A stretch of DNA of 64,000 nt. It comes from Octopus bimaculoides. Lineage: Eukaryota. The position numbers and the translations under genes were made by a program. The notes beneath the pieces were generated by a model, which was not told the origin of the DNA, ran no database searches, and saw only the letters and a program-made list of their open reading frames with translations. This document shows, piece after piece, positions 1 to 11,719 of this stretch. The stretch lies in assembly GCF_001194135.2 (NCBI RefSeq), contig NC_069000.1:24005412-24069411 (forward strand), written 5' to 3'. Position 1 is the stretch's first letter; each line of letters begins with the position of its first letter.

Positions 1-1015
1 ACTATAGACGGATGACTGCAAGAGTAACGATGCTATAGCTGTTCAGCTCCAGGCCAGCCCTGAAGAAGCAGATGATCAAGGCATCCCAACCATGATAAGC
101 TTGTTTCTTTTTTCATCATCATCTGGTCAGGTGATTTGTTTAGACCAGTGTACCTATTCCATGACAGACATCCCGATCGAACGATACTGCATAAATGTTG
201 GACTTGGTTTTTCAACCACATTGGTCTTTCATCAGCAGAAATATCTCATCTGTACATGCCGCAACTTCAGATGATAGCAGTAGTTCACTAACTGAACTGG
301 TTGATCATGGCTATTGTTCAATATATCCTTCCTCTTTTAAAATAGTAGGGGTGTGATCTGAAATGTTGCAGGTGTGACCTTCAGACTAAATGGCAATCTA
401 TTATATTCATATTGTTTTCTGTGAGTATTCACTGTTAGAAACTTCAAGCACTCCTCATCTACTTTAATTTGCAGATACACATCAGACAGATCCAGTTTTG
501 AAAATAATTTGCCACCATTTAATTTTGCAAAAATATCCTCCAGAATAGGCAGTGGATAGTGGCACATTTTTAGACAGTCATTCAGACCAGTAGAAAAATT
601 GGCATACATCTTGATTTTGTTATTTTTTTTTAATACACACAGTTGGTGCTGCCCACTTAGAATAATCTACTTTTTGAATAATTCCCATCTTCTCTAGTCT
701 GTCTAATTCTTCCTCTACCTGCTTTAGTGTAGCAAATGGTACCTTTCTATTAGGTTTGAATACAGGTACGACATTTTCCTTTATTTGAAAACAGGCCTCA
801 GTCTTAGAACACAGACCTAATATATCCGACAGCATTTCAGGAAACAAGTTTTTAAATTTCTTCTTCAATTCAGCTGCTGAGTTATTTCCACTGGTGGGAA
901 ATTTTATTTTTTTACAGAACAGACTTATGGGGAGGGCTCATAGTCCAAACAACTCCAACCAGTCCATACTAAACAGATTAGTTGCGTTGTTTACCACGGA
1001 AACTTTTGCTCTACA
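1..1015 (-). mobile_element. Degenerate Ty3/gypsy LTR-retrotransposon pol fragment (protease-RT linker, RT, start of integrase region)
   Basis: Minus-strand ORF fragments YPLPILEDIFAKLNGGKLFSKLDLSDVYLQI...YNRLPFSLKVTPATFQ (337-609), VEEELDRLEKMGIIQKVDYSKWAAPTVCIKK (620-868) and LLLQGWP (33-221); stops and frameshifts present. Confidence 0.9.
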
Positions 1016-1034
1016 GGTTATATATATATATATA

Positions 1035-1255
1035 TCATTATCATCATCATCGTTTAACGTCCGCTTTCCATGCTAGCATGGGTTGGACGATTTGACTGAG
1101 GACTGGTGAAACCAGATGGCAACACCAGGCTCCAATCTAATTTGGCAGAGTTTCTACAGCTGGATGCCCTTCCTAACGCCAACCACTCAGAGTGTAGTGG
1201 GTGCTTTTACGTGTCACCCGCACGAAGGCCAGTCAGGCAGTACTGGCAATGGCCA
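1035..1255 (-). mobile_element. RTE LINE 3' tail fragment ending in (GAT)n
   Basis: Reverse complement of the 3' end of the RTE at 36940-37107 (GGTTGGCGTTAGGAAGGGCATCCAGCTGTAGAAAC...GGACGTTAAACGATGATGAT); truncated by N-gap. A further tail-only copy lies at 3305-3461 (+). Confidence 0.85.
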
Positions 1256-1440
1256 NNNNNNNNNNNNNNNNNNNNNNNNNNNNNNNNNNNNNNNNNNNNN
1301 NNNNNNNNNNNNNNNNNNNNNNNNNNNNNNNNNNNNNNNNNNNNNNNNNNNNNNNNNNNNNNNNNNNNNNNNNNNNNNNNNNNNNNNNNNNNNNNNNNNN
1401 NNNNNNTATATATATATATATGTGTGTGTGTATACATCAT

Positions 1441-1818
1441 AGGCACAGGAATGGCTGTGTGGTAAGTAACTTGCTTACCAACCTCATGGTTCTGAGTTCA
1501 GTCCCACCTTGGGCAAGTGATTTCTACTATAGCTTCGGGCTGACCAAGGCCTTGTGAGTGGATTTGGTAGACGGAAACTGAAAGAAGCCCGTTGTATTTA
1601 TATGTATGTGTGTGTGTGCATATGTGTGTCAGTATTTGGCCCCCCTACAATTGCTTGACAACTGATGTTGGTGTGTTTACATCCCCGTAACCTAGCAGTT
1701 TGGTAGAAGTGACTGATAGAATAAGTACTAGGCTTACAAAGAATAAGACCCTGGGTCAATTTGTTTGACTAAGGGTGGTGCTCCAGCATGGCTGCAGTCA
1801 AATGACTGAAACAAAAGA
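1441..1818 (+). mobile_element. tRNA-derived SINE, family A (head + central domain + TG microsatellite + tail 1)
   Basis: A/B-box-like head TGGCTGTGTGGTAAG...GGTTCTGAGTTCAGTCCCAC and central CCTTGTGAGTGGATTTGGTAGACGGAAACTGAAAGAAGCCCG. Near-identical copies at 20845-21210 (+) and 4993-5335 (-); head-only copy at 32105-32265 (-). Confidence 0.85.
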
Positions 1819-2279
1819 ATATATATATATAAGATCTTATAGTTTGCTTGAAGCATTGTATATGGAATATAATGTTGAAAGATTTAAAAGGCCAAACAAT
1901 GCAAATAGATTTTAAGATGAGGTAACGTAAGTTACCTGGTAATCTTTGGTCTTATATGTATCCAATATTTCAGGACATACAAGCCCCTTCTTCAGGGTTA
2001 AAAAGGAACTGTCCTTGGTAAAATGTTTTTTGTTGGAGATAAATTAATTCTATGATTATATTTGAATTTTCAAGCGTTTCTCTTCTCCGTGAATGTTAGT
2101 AACGTTAATTATTAACTTATCGCTCCACAAATCAATTTTCATCGCCTCTTTTCTAATATGTAGCAAATATGCCTGTGTGTGTATGTCATGTTATGTATTG
2201 CGTACCTAGCTCCAATCTATTATTTATTTATGGGTTTAATTTATAGATAATCAAATCAAAGCTCCCTTAATTCTTAAGT

Positions 2280-2640
2280 TGCCTAGATTTCTATCATTGG
2301 CTTCAATAGTAACTTTAATTTGTTTGTTCGTATTTTTACATTTATCAATGTGTTTTTTAGTAACTATTGGATTTTAGACACTATTGGATTTTACTCACAA
2401 GGTATTGGAATCTTATATGTATACCATTCAGCCTAAATAATGGATCTACAAATGCAATATCCCTGCATATCTCACATCTATTTTTACTTCACTCTCTACT
2501 TCGTATCTTATCTAAATTAACTATTGCTTAACCATTTACTCACACCATCTCCGATGAAGGGATATAATAAATATCCTGGAAACAGCTGTAAGGTTTTCTA
2601 TTTATAAATGTTCTAAAATTTTCACAGTCTTGGTTTTTTT
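2280..2640 (+). mobile_element. Penelope-like element 3' end remnant (GIY-YIG C-terminus + 3' region with hammerhead fold)
   Basis: Frameshifted peptide HKVLESYMYTIQP(S)LNNG at ~2395-2445 resembles the PLE endonuclease C-terminal ILESxxIxxxxPxLN motif; followed by a hammerhead-like core at 2547-2594. Confidence 0.55.
2547..2594 (+). ncRNA. Degenerate minimal type I hammerhead ribozyme
   Basis: ATCT-CCGATGA-A-GGGATAT-AATAA-ATATCCT-G-GAAA-C-AGCT-G-TA-AGGT: core with U4C change, 7-bp stem II, palindromic loop III, GUA triplet, 4-bp stem I. Confidence 0.6.
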
Positions 2641-2783
2641 TATCTTATTATGAAAAAATTTTTTTTACATAATATATATATGTGTGTGTGTATGTATATA
2701 TATATATATATATAAAAATTAAAATTCAATAATAGGACGAATTCTTTTACAAGAATTTATCAAGTAATATATAGTAATGCCCT

Positions 2784-2821
<38 letters not shown>

Positions 2822-2844
2822 CATAATATATATATGTACATGGT

Positions 2845-3224
2845 TGGCACTCTGTCGGTTACGACGACAAGGGTTCCAGTTGATCTGATCAACAGAACAG
2901 CCTGCTCGTGAAATTAACGTGCGAGTCGCTGAGCACTCCATAGACACATGCACCCTTAATGTAGTTCTCGGGGAGATTCAGCGTGACACAGATTGTGACA
3001 ATGCTGGCCCTTTGAAATACAGGTACAACAGAAATAGGAAGAAAGAGTGAGAGTAAGTTGTGGTGAAAGAGTACAGCAGGGTTCGCCACTATCCCCTGCA
3101 GGGCCTCGTGGAGCTTTAGGTGTTTTCACTCAATAAACACTCACAATGCCCGCTCTGGGAATTGAAACCACGATCCTACGACCACGAGTCCGTTGCCCTA
3201 ACCACTGGGCCATTGCGCCTCCAC
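2845..3224 (-). mobile_element. tRNA-derived SINE, family C
   Basis: Minus-strand head TGGAGGCGCAATGGCCCAGTGGTTAGGG...GGTTTCAATTCCC and 3' domain CACGTTAATTTCACGAGCAGGCTGTT; a second, more diverged copy lies at ~14355-14645. Confidence 0.8.
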
Positions 3225-3466
3225 ATATGTACATATACATAGTATATATATTATATACATAGTATATATATTATATACATAATATATATGTTTATATATG
3301 TGTAACTCTCTGAGTGGTTGGCGTTAGGAAGGGCATCCAGCTGTAGAAACTCTGCCAAATCAGACTGGAGCCTGGTGTTGCCATCCGGTTTCACCAGTCC
3401 TCAATCAAATCGTCCAACCCATGCTAGCATGGAAAGCGGACGTTAAACGATGATGATGATGTGTAA

Positions 3467-3502
<36 letters not shown>

Positions 3503-3504
3503 TC

Positions 3505-4830
3505 ACACAAAGTGGTTTGTATGATTGTGTAGAGAAGAATATATTACTCAAAGTGACATTTATATTAGACTCAGTCAAACTTATCCTGGAAAACAACACT
3601 TTTTTCTTCAACGGAAAGAACTACATCCAAATTAAAGGCATGGCCATGGGAATGAGGTTTGCTTCTGTTTACGCGAACTCGGTGATGGGATACTTAGAAC
3701 AAAAACTCTACCAGGAAATAGAGGAGAGATACAGCACTGAATTTAGGAAGTATATTGAACAGGCATGGAAGAGATACCTCAACAAATGCTTCGTAATCTG
3801 GACAAACTCTCAAAACTCTGTGGAAGAATTGAATATACTCCTGAACAACCTACACTCATCCATCCAATTTACAAAAGAGATGAGCAGTACCAAATTACCA
3901 TTCCTAGATATAATGGTAATTAAAAAGAACACCACCATTACCACAGATATATATTATAAACACACAGATACACATCCATACCTGAATTTTAAATTATGCC
4001 ATCCACTGCATACAAAACATAACACCCCATACTGCTTAGCCAGAAGAATCTGTACCATTGTAGAAGATTTGAAGATCAGGAATCAGCACCTGATGGAACT
4101 GAAAGAATATCTGCTCAAACAAAAATACCCATCACTGCTTATAGAAAATGGTATTCAGTGGGCTATGAAAATACCCACACAACAACTGAGGTCAACACAA
4201 AGAAGAGAAAAACCAGAACAAATCATACCATTGATAGTGACACACAATCCATGCCAACAGAACATCTTCAATATCACTAAAGCAAACCTACCAATCATTG
4301 CTCAAAGTAAGGAGTTAAGAGATATCATTACAGACCAAACTATAACTCTCAGTAAAAGACAGCCTAAAAGCTTGGAAAAGTTATTAACAAAGGCAAGGTT
4401 TGACCTTAGCATCAAAGACCAACTATTCACTATGTCTAAATGCTATGATAGCTGATACAGTACATGCCAATTAGTTCATACTGGCCCATATATGAACACA
4501 AAAACAGGGAAATTATTCACAAACACAAATATGAACTGCAAAAGCAGAAATTTAATCTACTGCATCAAATGCCCAAATTGTGAAGAACTGTATGCCAGAC
4601 AGGCAATGCACTATTAGAATGCTCATGTGTGCACTGACAACAAATTAAAAATCAAGAAGTCCGCCAAATACCACTGAGTAACCATCTAGCAGCATGTGGC
4701 CGGAAAATATTTATAATATTTCCCTTTCATAAACTATACAATCCAAATGAAATCGAGAGAAAACTGAGAGAAAAGGACTTTATTAATAAATTCAAACTCA
4801 AGCTTAATAAACAATGGAAAAAGTATTTAA
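3505..4830 (+). mobile_element. Penelope-like retroelement (RT + GIY-YIG endonuclease), 5'-truncated, disrupted
   Basis: ORF 3517-4455 has PLE RT motifs (YIQIKGMAMGMRFASVYAN, WKRYLNKCFVIW, LPFLDIMV, IYYKHTDTHPYLNF). Downstream frames give NCKSRNLIYCIKCPNCEELY and ERKLREKDFINKF; runs into N-gap. Confidence 0.9.
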
Positions 4831-5341
4831 NNNNNNNNNNNNNNNNNNNNNNNNNNNNNNNNNNNNNNNNNNNNNNNNNNNNNNNNNNNNNNNNNNNNNN
4901 NNNNNNNNNNNNNNNNNNNNNNNNNNNNNNNNNNNNNNNNNNNNNNNNNNNNNNNNNNNNNNNNNNNNNNNNNNNNNNNNNNNNNNNNNNNNGCACCGCC
5001 TTTAATCGAGCAGATCGACCCCAGGACTTGTTCTTTGTAAGCCTAGTACTTATTCTATCGGTCTCTTTTGCTGAACCGCTAAGTTATGGGGACATAAACA
5101 CACCAGCATCGGTTGTCAAGCGATGTTGGTGGGGACAAACACAGACGCACAAACATATACACACATATATATACATATAGATATGACGGGCGTCTTTCAG
5201 TTTCCATCTACCAAATCCACTCACAAGGCATTGGTCGGCCTGAGCAGACACTTGCCCAAAGTGCCACGCAGTGGGACTGAACCCGGAACCATGTGGTTTG
5301 TAAGCAAGCTACTTACCACAGCCACTCCTATGCCTACTATG

Positions 5342-5381
<40 letters not shown>

Positions 5382-5515
5382 CATCATATATGTATATGTA
5401 TATATACATAATAGGTATTGCAAATTTTAGAGGTAATACTTGATAATTGTAAGCACCTGTATATGCAAGATAGTGGCCGAAGTGAGAGAATAAGTTAAAA
5501 CAGAACACAAAGGAT

Positions 5516-5620
5516 TCCGCAGTACACGTGTTTCAAGCTTTATACACAAACAGTCGTTGCATCATTATATGAGTATATAATTGATAGACAGGATGGTATA
5601 AAGCTATCTTCAGCCGCAAA
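5516..5620 (-). ncRNA. Minimal type I hammerhead ribozyme in a probable PLE 3' remnant
   Basis: Minus strand reads TTTGCGG-CTGAAGA-T-AGCTTTATAC-(50 nt)-GTATAAAGCT-T-GAAA-C-ACGT-G-TA-CTGCGGA: conserved core, perfect 10-bp stem II, palindromic loop III, 7-bp stem I (3 G-U pairs). Confidence 0.75.
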
Positions 5621-7409
5621 TATATTCTGTCCCAAGATTATATCACAAAGAAGCAATCCCAAAGAAAAAAGAAAAAGAGGGAAACAGGTGAGAGAAAAAG
5701 GGAATGTCCACTTGGTATTATCCATTGTAATATGGTTATCCTTTAAATTGATACATTTATATAAAAGTTCATCGGTATTCAGAAATCTGTCCATCTTGTA
5801 CCACAATTCAGGGTAGAGTGAGTGATAAATAAATATAACTAGCGTATATGAGAATCATGAATCTGAAGTTTCAATCACATTATTTTACTGTTGACATTGG
5901 AATTNNNNNNNNNNNNNNNNNNNNNNNNNNNNNNNNNNNNNNNNNNNNNNNNNNNNNNNNNNNNNNNNNNNNNNNNNNNNNNNNNNNNNNNNNNNNNNNN
6001 NNNNNNNNNNNNNNNNNNNNNNNNNNNNNNNNNNNNNNNNNNNNNNNNNNNNNNNNNNNNNNNNNNNNNNNNNNNNNNNNNNNNNNNNNNNNNNNNNNNN
6101 NNNNNNNNNNNNNNNNNNNNNNNNNNNNNNNNNNNNNNNNNNNNNNNNNNNNNNNNNNNNNNNNNNNNNNNNNNNNNNNNNNNNNNNNNNNNNNNNNAAA
6201 TTAAAATTAAATTGAGCTTTATAGATTAAAATATATATAAATGTATATATAATATATATAAATGTATATATAATATATATATATATGTATGTATGTATAT
6301 ATAAATATATATATATGTATGTATGTATGTATATATAATATATATGTATGTATATATATATATATAATGAGGACATTCATAAAATCATGAATCTGAAGTT
6401 TCAATCACATTATTTTACTGTTGACATTGGAATTGAACTTACAGCTGTTAGCAATACTAGAAATGTGCAGAAACTATTTTCCTTTGCATTCTTTAAATTT
6501 TCTGTAGGCTGTGATGCATAACCAGCCATTTAAATCAAACTGTTCTAACATTTTTTTGTGTATCACTATTCCCAAATGTAAAATGTGAATCTTATAGAAT
6601 ATTGTTAATTTCTAAATATTTCAGCCAGTTAACTGGTTCTTACATTTATTGTTGGAAGCTGTCATAAATTAAAGTAACCTGGATTTCATATTAGTGTTAA
6701 CTAAAAAACTGTACTCAGTGTATAGCGTGTACGTTACCATCTTTTAAATTCATCCAAATAAATGTCATTTGGCTCATTCTGCACCTGAGCAAGTTTCCTG
6801 GCTTTTCTATTTGACATTCAAGAACCATAAGTTTCTGTAATTTCTTCATGTGCTTTACTAAGCAGTTTAAATTATAATTCGAGCAACCCTACCATGCTGG
6901 TCATCAAAAAACTCAATTCATGAACGTTGATGATTCTAATACTTTTTTTCAGTCTCTCATACGTTGCTCTTTCTTAACTAGATTTTGGAGTATCATAGCT
7001 CATTCTTCCAAGATATTTCCAAATAAGATTGCCATATTGCCTTTACAGGTCTGTAAGAGGAAACAGCTCATCTCACACTGAAAACAGTTAATTTTCAACT
7101 GTTGACTGTGAAACTCATCTTAATGAGACCAATGTTATAAGGAATAAAATTTATTACGAAATATCTGAAAATGATTGAAGCCTGCAATTTCACTTACTGT
7201 ATCATCTACACAAAGTTCCAGGCTCTTTCACAACTGTTGTGTGATCCATGGACTTTAAATTTTTATTATGAGAACTGAATATATTGTAAGAAATTGAGAA
7301 GTAGGTCTTATGTTGTACTCCTACATACTCCTTCCTTCTATTTCCTTCACTGATTCAAATTGTTCCTAATAAAGTAGATTTATTGGCTCTTTTCTTTCTT
7401 TTCTGGAAG

Positions 7410-7562
7410 CTTCTTAATGGAGATGTTAGCTACAACAACCATCATGTTGGTTACAAGAAGCTTGCAGAAGTCAAAGAAGAATGTTTGTATGAAGAGTTCA
7501 TCTCTAAAGCAGCATCCAAGAAAGACAGATGGCTGGAACAAGTGGAGTGGCTCATCAAGAAA
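7410..7562 (+). CDS. BBS12: BBS12 exon (first confidently placed; LLNGDVSYNNHHVGYKK...WLEQVEWLIKK), phase 0-0
   Basis: Polypyrimidine tract + AAG acceptor, donor GTAAGC; resembles the BBS12 GDLTENYRHLGFNK...W segment (recalled from memory). Confidence 0.75.
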
Positions 7563-9048
7563 GTAAGCAGATATGTTTCTCTTCTAATAGATTACTTTAT
7601 ACAAGGCTGCTGCTTTTATTTATAGGGTACCTCACAAAAGGCGATAAACAGATTACATGTGAGAAGTGGTCCTCCAACTTGTCTTGGAGGTTAGTAACTC
7701 TGAATGGAACTGACTTGAATTGTGACACACTTTCTTACACATGCCACCATGAAAAACAGACATCATCATCATTAAACATCCGTTTTCTATGCTGGCCAGA
7801 CTCCAGTTGTCTCTTGTGGCAAGGTTTCTATGGCTAGATACCCTTCCTAATGTCAACCACTTCATATAAAATGATTTTTATTGTTTTCTATTAAGTTTGG
7901 TTTCACTGAGAATGTGGGTGTTCTGTTAGAACAAAATATACTGCAGTAGATACTATGAGAGTAACTCTCATATTGGCTTTTGATGTAAGATGCACTCTTG
8001 TTTTTATTGCTAGCGGGAGATAAATCCCCTCCGTTTCCAGTGCTGGTATTAATACTGCCTCTGTCGTTAATATATAATTTTTAAGAAGCTTACTTGCTAA
8101 TCACAACACCACCACCTGTCCTGGCACTGTTGTTCTTTCTATCACTGGTGAAGAGATGAGTTGCTGCTATCTCTAGTTTTTTTGGTTTCTCTGTTTATAT
8201 TAGCTAGTTCTTCACAACACCAATTATTATTTGATCCTAGTTTTACAATGATCAAAAGTATTCCTGTTGTGTTCATCCAGTTTTTTGTTATTTTTTGTTT
8301 TAGACACAGTGTATCTAATTATCAAATGTCCTTTCTTTAAGACAGTACAGCATTTTCAAGAGAAATAAGCTGTTATTTTTACCAAGTTGAGTAACCGTAT
8401 GGTGATTCCTTCATTGACTCATAACAGTTATTTTGTCTTTAAATAAATTCTGTCAAACAAATAAAAGTAACAAGGAATTTCACAAGAAAAGTGTGTCTCT
8501 CATTTGTGAACAAAGATCTTTACAAGAAGACAATAGTGTTGAGAGAAGAGCATATGTAAGCAATACAGATCCTAATAGAAAGTGCTTTAGTATGTCTCAC
8601 ATAAGAAAAGGACATCCACATCCATCAATTAAAACACAGCCTCTCACAAGATCAGTTAGGAATTGTTACAAGACCATCACGAGAAGTAAAGGAGGGATTT
8701 AGTAAAGCCTGTATGCCTTGTTAGAATGTTGATAATTTTACTTAAATAATTGATAACATGAGGCTATTGTTCAGCCTTAAGATTAAACAGACCTTTGATC
8801 AAAGACATTCTATCTATGATCATTGTATCATTTTACAGGTATGCAATACTACATTTAAAGTTTGTAGGAAATTTGGCTTCTATTTATAACAGTTCAATCA
8901 ACTTCATGGAGGCAGTTTTGGGTTGTCAATGTATTTGTTTCATTGATTAGAATATTTATGTGTGTGAAACTGAATATTATAATGTAATGTCTTTTTGAGT
9001 AACTAAATATATAATTTGTATTTTTATTATCCTTGTTTTCTTCTACAG

Positions 9049-9210
9049 TTGGATATAACCATTTTGATTGCCCGAGGTAAAGTTGATGAAGAACTAAAAG
9101 CAATGCTGGATGGACACCACATTTTGGTTTTTGACAATGTTGCACATACTACAATGAGAGCACTAGCTTATAATACAGAGCCTGTTGTTTATATTTTGGA
9201 TGCCACAATG
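9049..9210 (+). CDS. BBS12: BBS12 exon (LDITILIARGKVDEEL...PVVYILDATM), phase 0-0
   Basis: Acceptor TTCTACAG, donor GTATAA, 162 nt; joins in frame to the exons on both sides. Confidence 0.75.
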
Positions 9211-9296
9211 GTATAATAAATTAATGTCTTTGAACTGAAAATAAACAAACTGCATGTGTGTGTATAAGAATGAGTTGCAATACTGAGGAAGAGAGA

Positions 9297-9470
9297 AGGT
9301 GGTAAGCTCACAGAATCGTCAGCACGCTGGGCAAAATGTTCAGCAGCATTTCGTCCATCTTTATGTTGAGTTCAAATTCCACCAAGGTCAACTTTGCTTT
9401 TCATCCTTTCAGAGTTGATAAAATAAGTACCAATTGAGCACTAGAATCGATGTAATTGTTTCATCTCATG
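9297..9470 (+). mobile_element. tRNA-derived SINE, family B
   Basis: GGTAAGCTCACAGAATCGTCAGCACGCTGGGCAAAATG...GAGTTCAAATTCC...GGTCAACTTTGCTTTTCATCCTTTC; other copies at ~31425-31625 (+), 54745-54935 (+) and 61640-61810 (-). Confidence 0.75.
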
Positions 9471-9999
9471 CCAAAATTTGAAATTATTATTGAAAGAAAC
9501 AAATACAAATTACCATAATATCTACACTGACTTATAAAGAGCAACTGTAATATTTTATTCTGTTTCACTAGTATTGAGTTAAGGAAGTGTGATTGAATCA
9601 GCTGAATATCTTGATTTTCCAACTGGTGTTGTTTTCATGTCTTGCTGAGTTTTATTCATTATTTCTCGTGCTATACTCACATACCCTTACAACAATATGC
9701 TCATATTAATCAATGGAGTTCTATTCAATATGCATTCTATCATCCTTATATATATATATATATTTTCTCTTTAGTATTTAGATATTAACTTACAATTGTT
9801 AAAGCTCCATCTCGGTCATATTCATTCCAGATACGAGAACAGCTTTTCTGAGATGCAGTAATAAAATTAAGTGTTGACACATCCAGCAGAGTGAATAAAT
9901 AGTTATTCTATGTAAAGCATAATGTTAATGAACATAGCAGGTTTTAATGATTTTCTGTGAAAGTCTACCATTTAAATTCTTTAGTGATGTTTGGTGCAA

Positions 10000-10139
10000 A
10001 CATGGCTGTGTGGTTAACAAGTTTATTTCTCAACCATGTAATCTCTGGTTCAGTCCCACTGTGTGACATCTTGGGTTTCTTCTACTATAGTACCAGGATA
10101 ACCAAAGCCTTAGAATAGATTTCGTAAACAGACACCTCT

Positions 10140-10172
<33 letters not shown>

Positions 10173-10375
10173 TATATATATATATATATATATGCACACA
10201 CGTGTGTGTATACCCTTGCCTCAATAGCACATGATGGCCGTAAACAAGGATCACCCTCATACATGAAAATCATATCTGAGCCATAGTAAATATTACCTTA
10301 CTTGGAAATGGGTGAGGGTCTGCGGTAGGAAAGTATCTGGCCAATGCAAGCATGAAAAAGTGGACATTAAATGGT
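10000..10375 (+). mobile_element. SINE family A head joined to an RTE-like tail (variant A2)
   Basis: Family A head, then TG/TA repeat, then AATATTACCTTACTTGGAAATGGGTGAGGG...CATGAAAAAGTGGACATTAAA. Similar copies at 19100-19460 (+), 21808-22148 (-), 44030-44545 (-) and 53075-53460 (-). Confidence 0.65.
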
Positions 10376-11009
10376 GCTACCTGTTTTGTCATTCAAATGG
10401 TCAATAGTTGCATGAGACAATAGCACCAATATGGCCATAGTCCAATGACTGAAACCAGTAGAAAAAAATATGTAAATCTACAAAAACGCCCAATCACTCA
10501 TGTTAGTTAAGAAAACAAAGGATCTTTAAAAGAGATACAATAAAATAATAAAACTTAAATCTCCATCATTGAAGTGATAAATTGAGATGTTAGTATTGGA
10601 TAAAATACCTTGTGGTATTTGTTCCAGGTTTCAGCACTCAGTTCAAGTCTCAGTGAGGTCAATTTTGCCTTACCTCCTTTGGGGGTCAATAAAAAGAGTA
10701 CTCGTCTAGGGTGAAATATTTAGAGGGCTGGAGAAAATGTCTCATCTTTTTGAACTGTGTTCCAAGTTCAAATTCTGTCTCCTATCACACCAGCCTCCTT
10801 GTGGAGAGAAATGGGCAACATGTTTTAGTTACATCAATAAAAAATAATCTGACCCCACACAAAGTAGGATAAATACAAAGATACAAAATGAGAAAATTCA
10901 TGAACCCTTTTTTGTAAGGAGAAAAGGATTCAGGTAATTAAATCATATTGCTATATAAATGTGGGGATTTAGATATGCAGCATTTTATTTCATTATTCAT
11001 TTTTGCCAG

Positions 11010-11111
11010 GAAAATACAATATCAGGTGTAACTGTGAAAATCCTGAATTCCGTTCTGCAGAAAAATACAAAAACCTTTTTGATTCTTCGGTCAAACCAGT
11101 CTGAAGTTCAG
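11010..11111 (+). CDS. BBS12: BBS12 exon (ENTISGVTVKIL...RSNQSEVQ), phase 0-0
   Basis: Acceptor TTTTTGCCAG, donor GTAAGT, 102 nt open frame. Confidence 0.7.
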
Positions 11112-11334
11112 GTAAGTCTTTGGTTTTTGTTGTTAATGAATGGTTTACAATCACAAAAGAGAGAGGTGGGACTCCACTATTCACTTAACAATGTGTGTTC
11201 CAGTTCATTTAACAAAACCACCTTAATATCATTCTCAGGCAGAATCAGTGCTACACTGTGTGATGAAGTATTGGTATTGGAATTATTGCATATTTCCTGA
11301 TATTTGTTCCCATTTTAATTGTTCGTGATATGAA

Positions 11335-11535
11335 CCTTTTAGCATTTAAACTGGCCATATCCAGTCAGAATAGTCTACTTGTTTTGTGTTCAAACCAGCT
11401 CTCTCACATCTACTCTGCAATTTCATTCTAAAAATAAATAATCCTCAAAATCTCAAGGCTATAAGATTATGTAGATTAAATCAAAACAATGTCACAGAAG
11501 AAATCTTATATTTGACTGAAAAATACTAAACGGTT
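11335..11535 (+). mobile_element. ~200-bp piggyBac-like MITE
   Basis: Starts AACCTTTTAGCATTTAAACTGGCCATATCC. Related copies at 43664-43875 (CCCTTT...AGGG followed by TTAA) and, inverted, at 32711-32906. Confidence 0.55.
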
Positions 11536-11719
11536 TTCACCAGACTGTCACTCTAAACAAGTGTTCAGTGCAACAGTTTTGTTTCACTATGAACTAAGAA
11601 CATAAAGGAGACTAACTAGATACATGAAGCAGTTTGCTTGATGCTGAAACACTTTTACTTAATCGCTGTAATAACCACAATACTATGACTACATAATGGT
11701 TTGTTTCCTCTCTTCACAG

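Noticed and set aside
5853-6434. 52-bp exact duplication (5853-5904 and 6383-6434) across an N-gap
   Set aside because: It abuts the gap, which is typical of overlapping contig ends. The same applies to ~34420-34496/34507-34590 and ~58280-58340/58351-58410.
6508-6585. Possible further BBS12 exon (AVMHNQPFKSNCSNIFLCITIP)
   Set aside because: The acceptor is acceptable and there is faint resemblance to BBS12, but I could not find a donor and phase path to the downstream exons.
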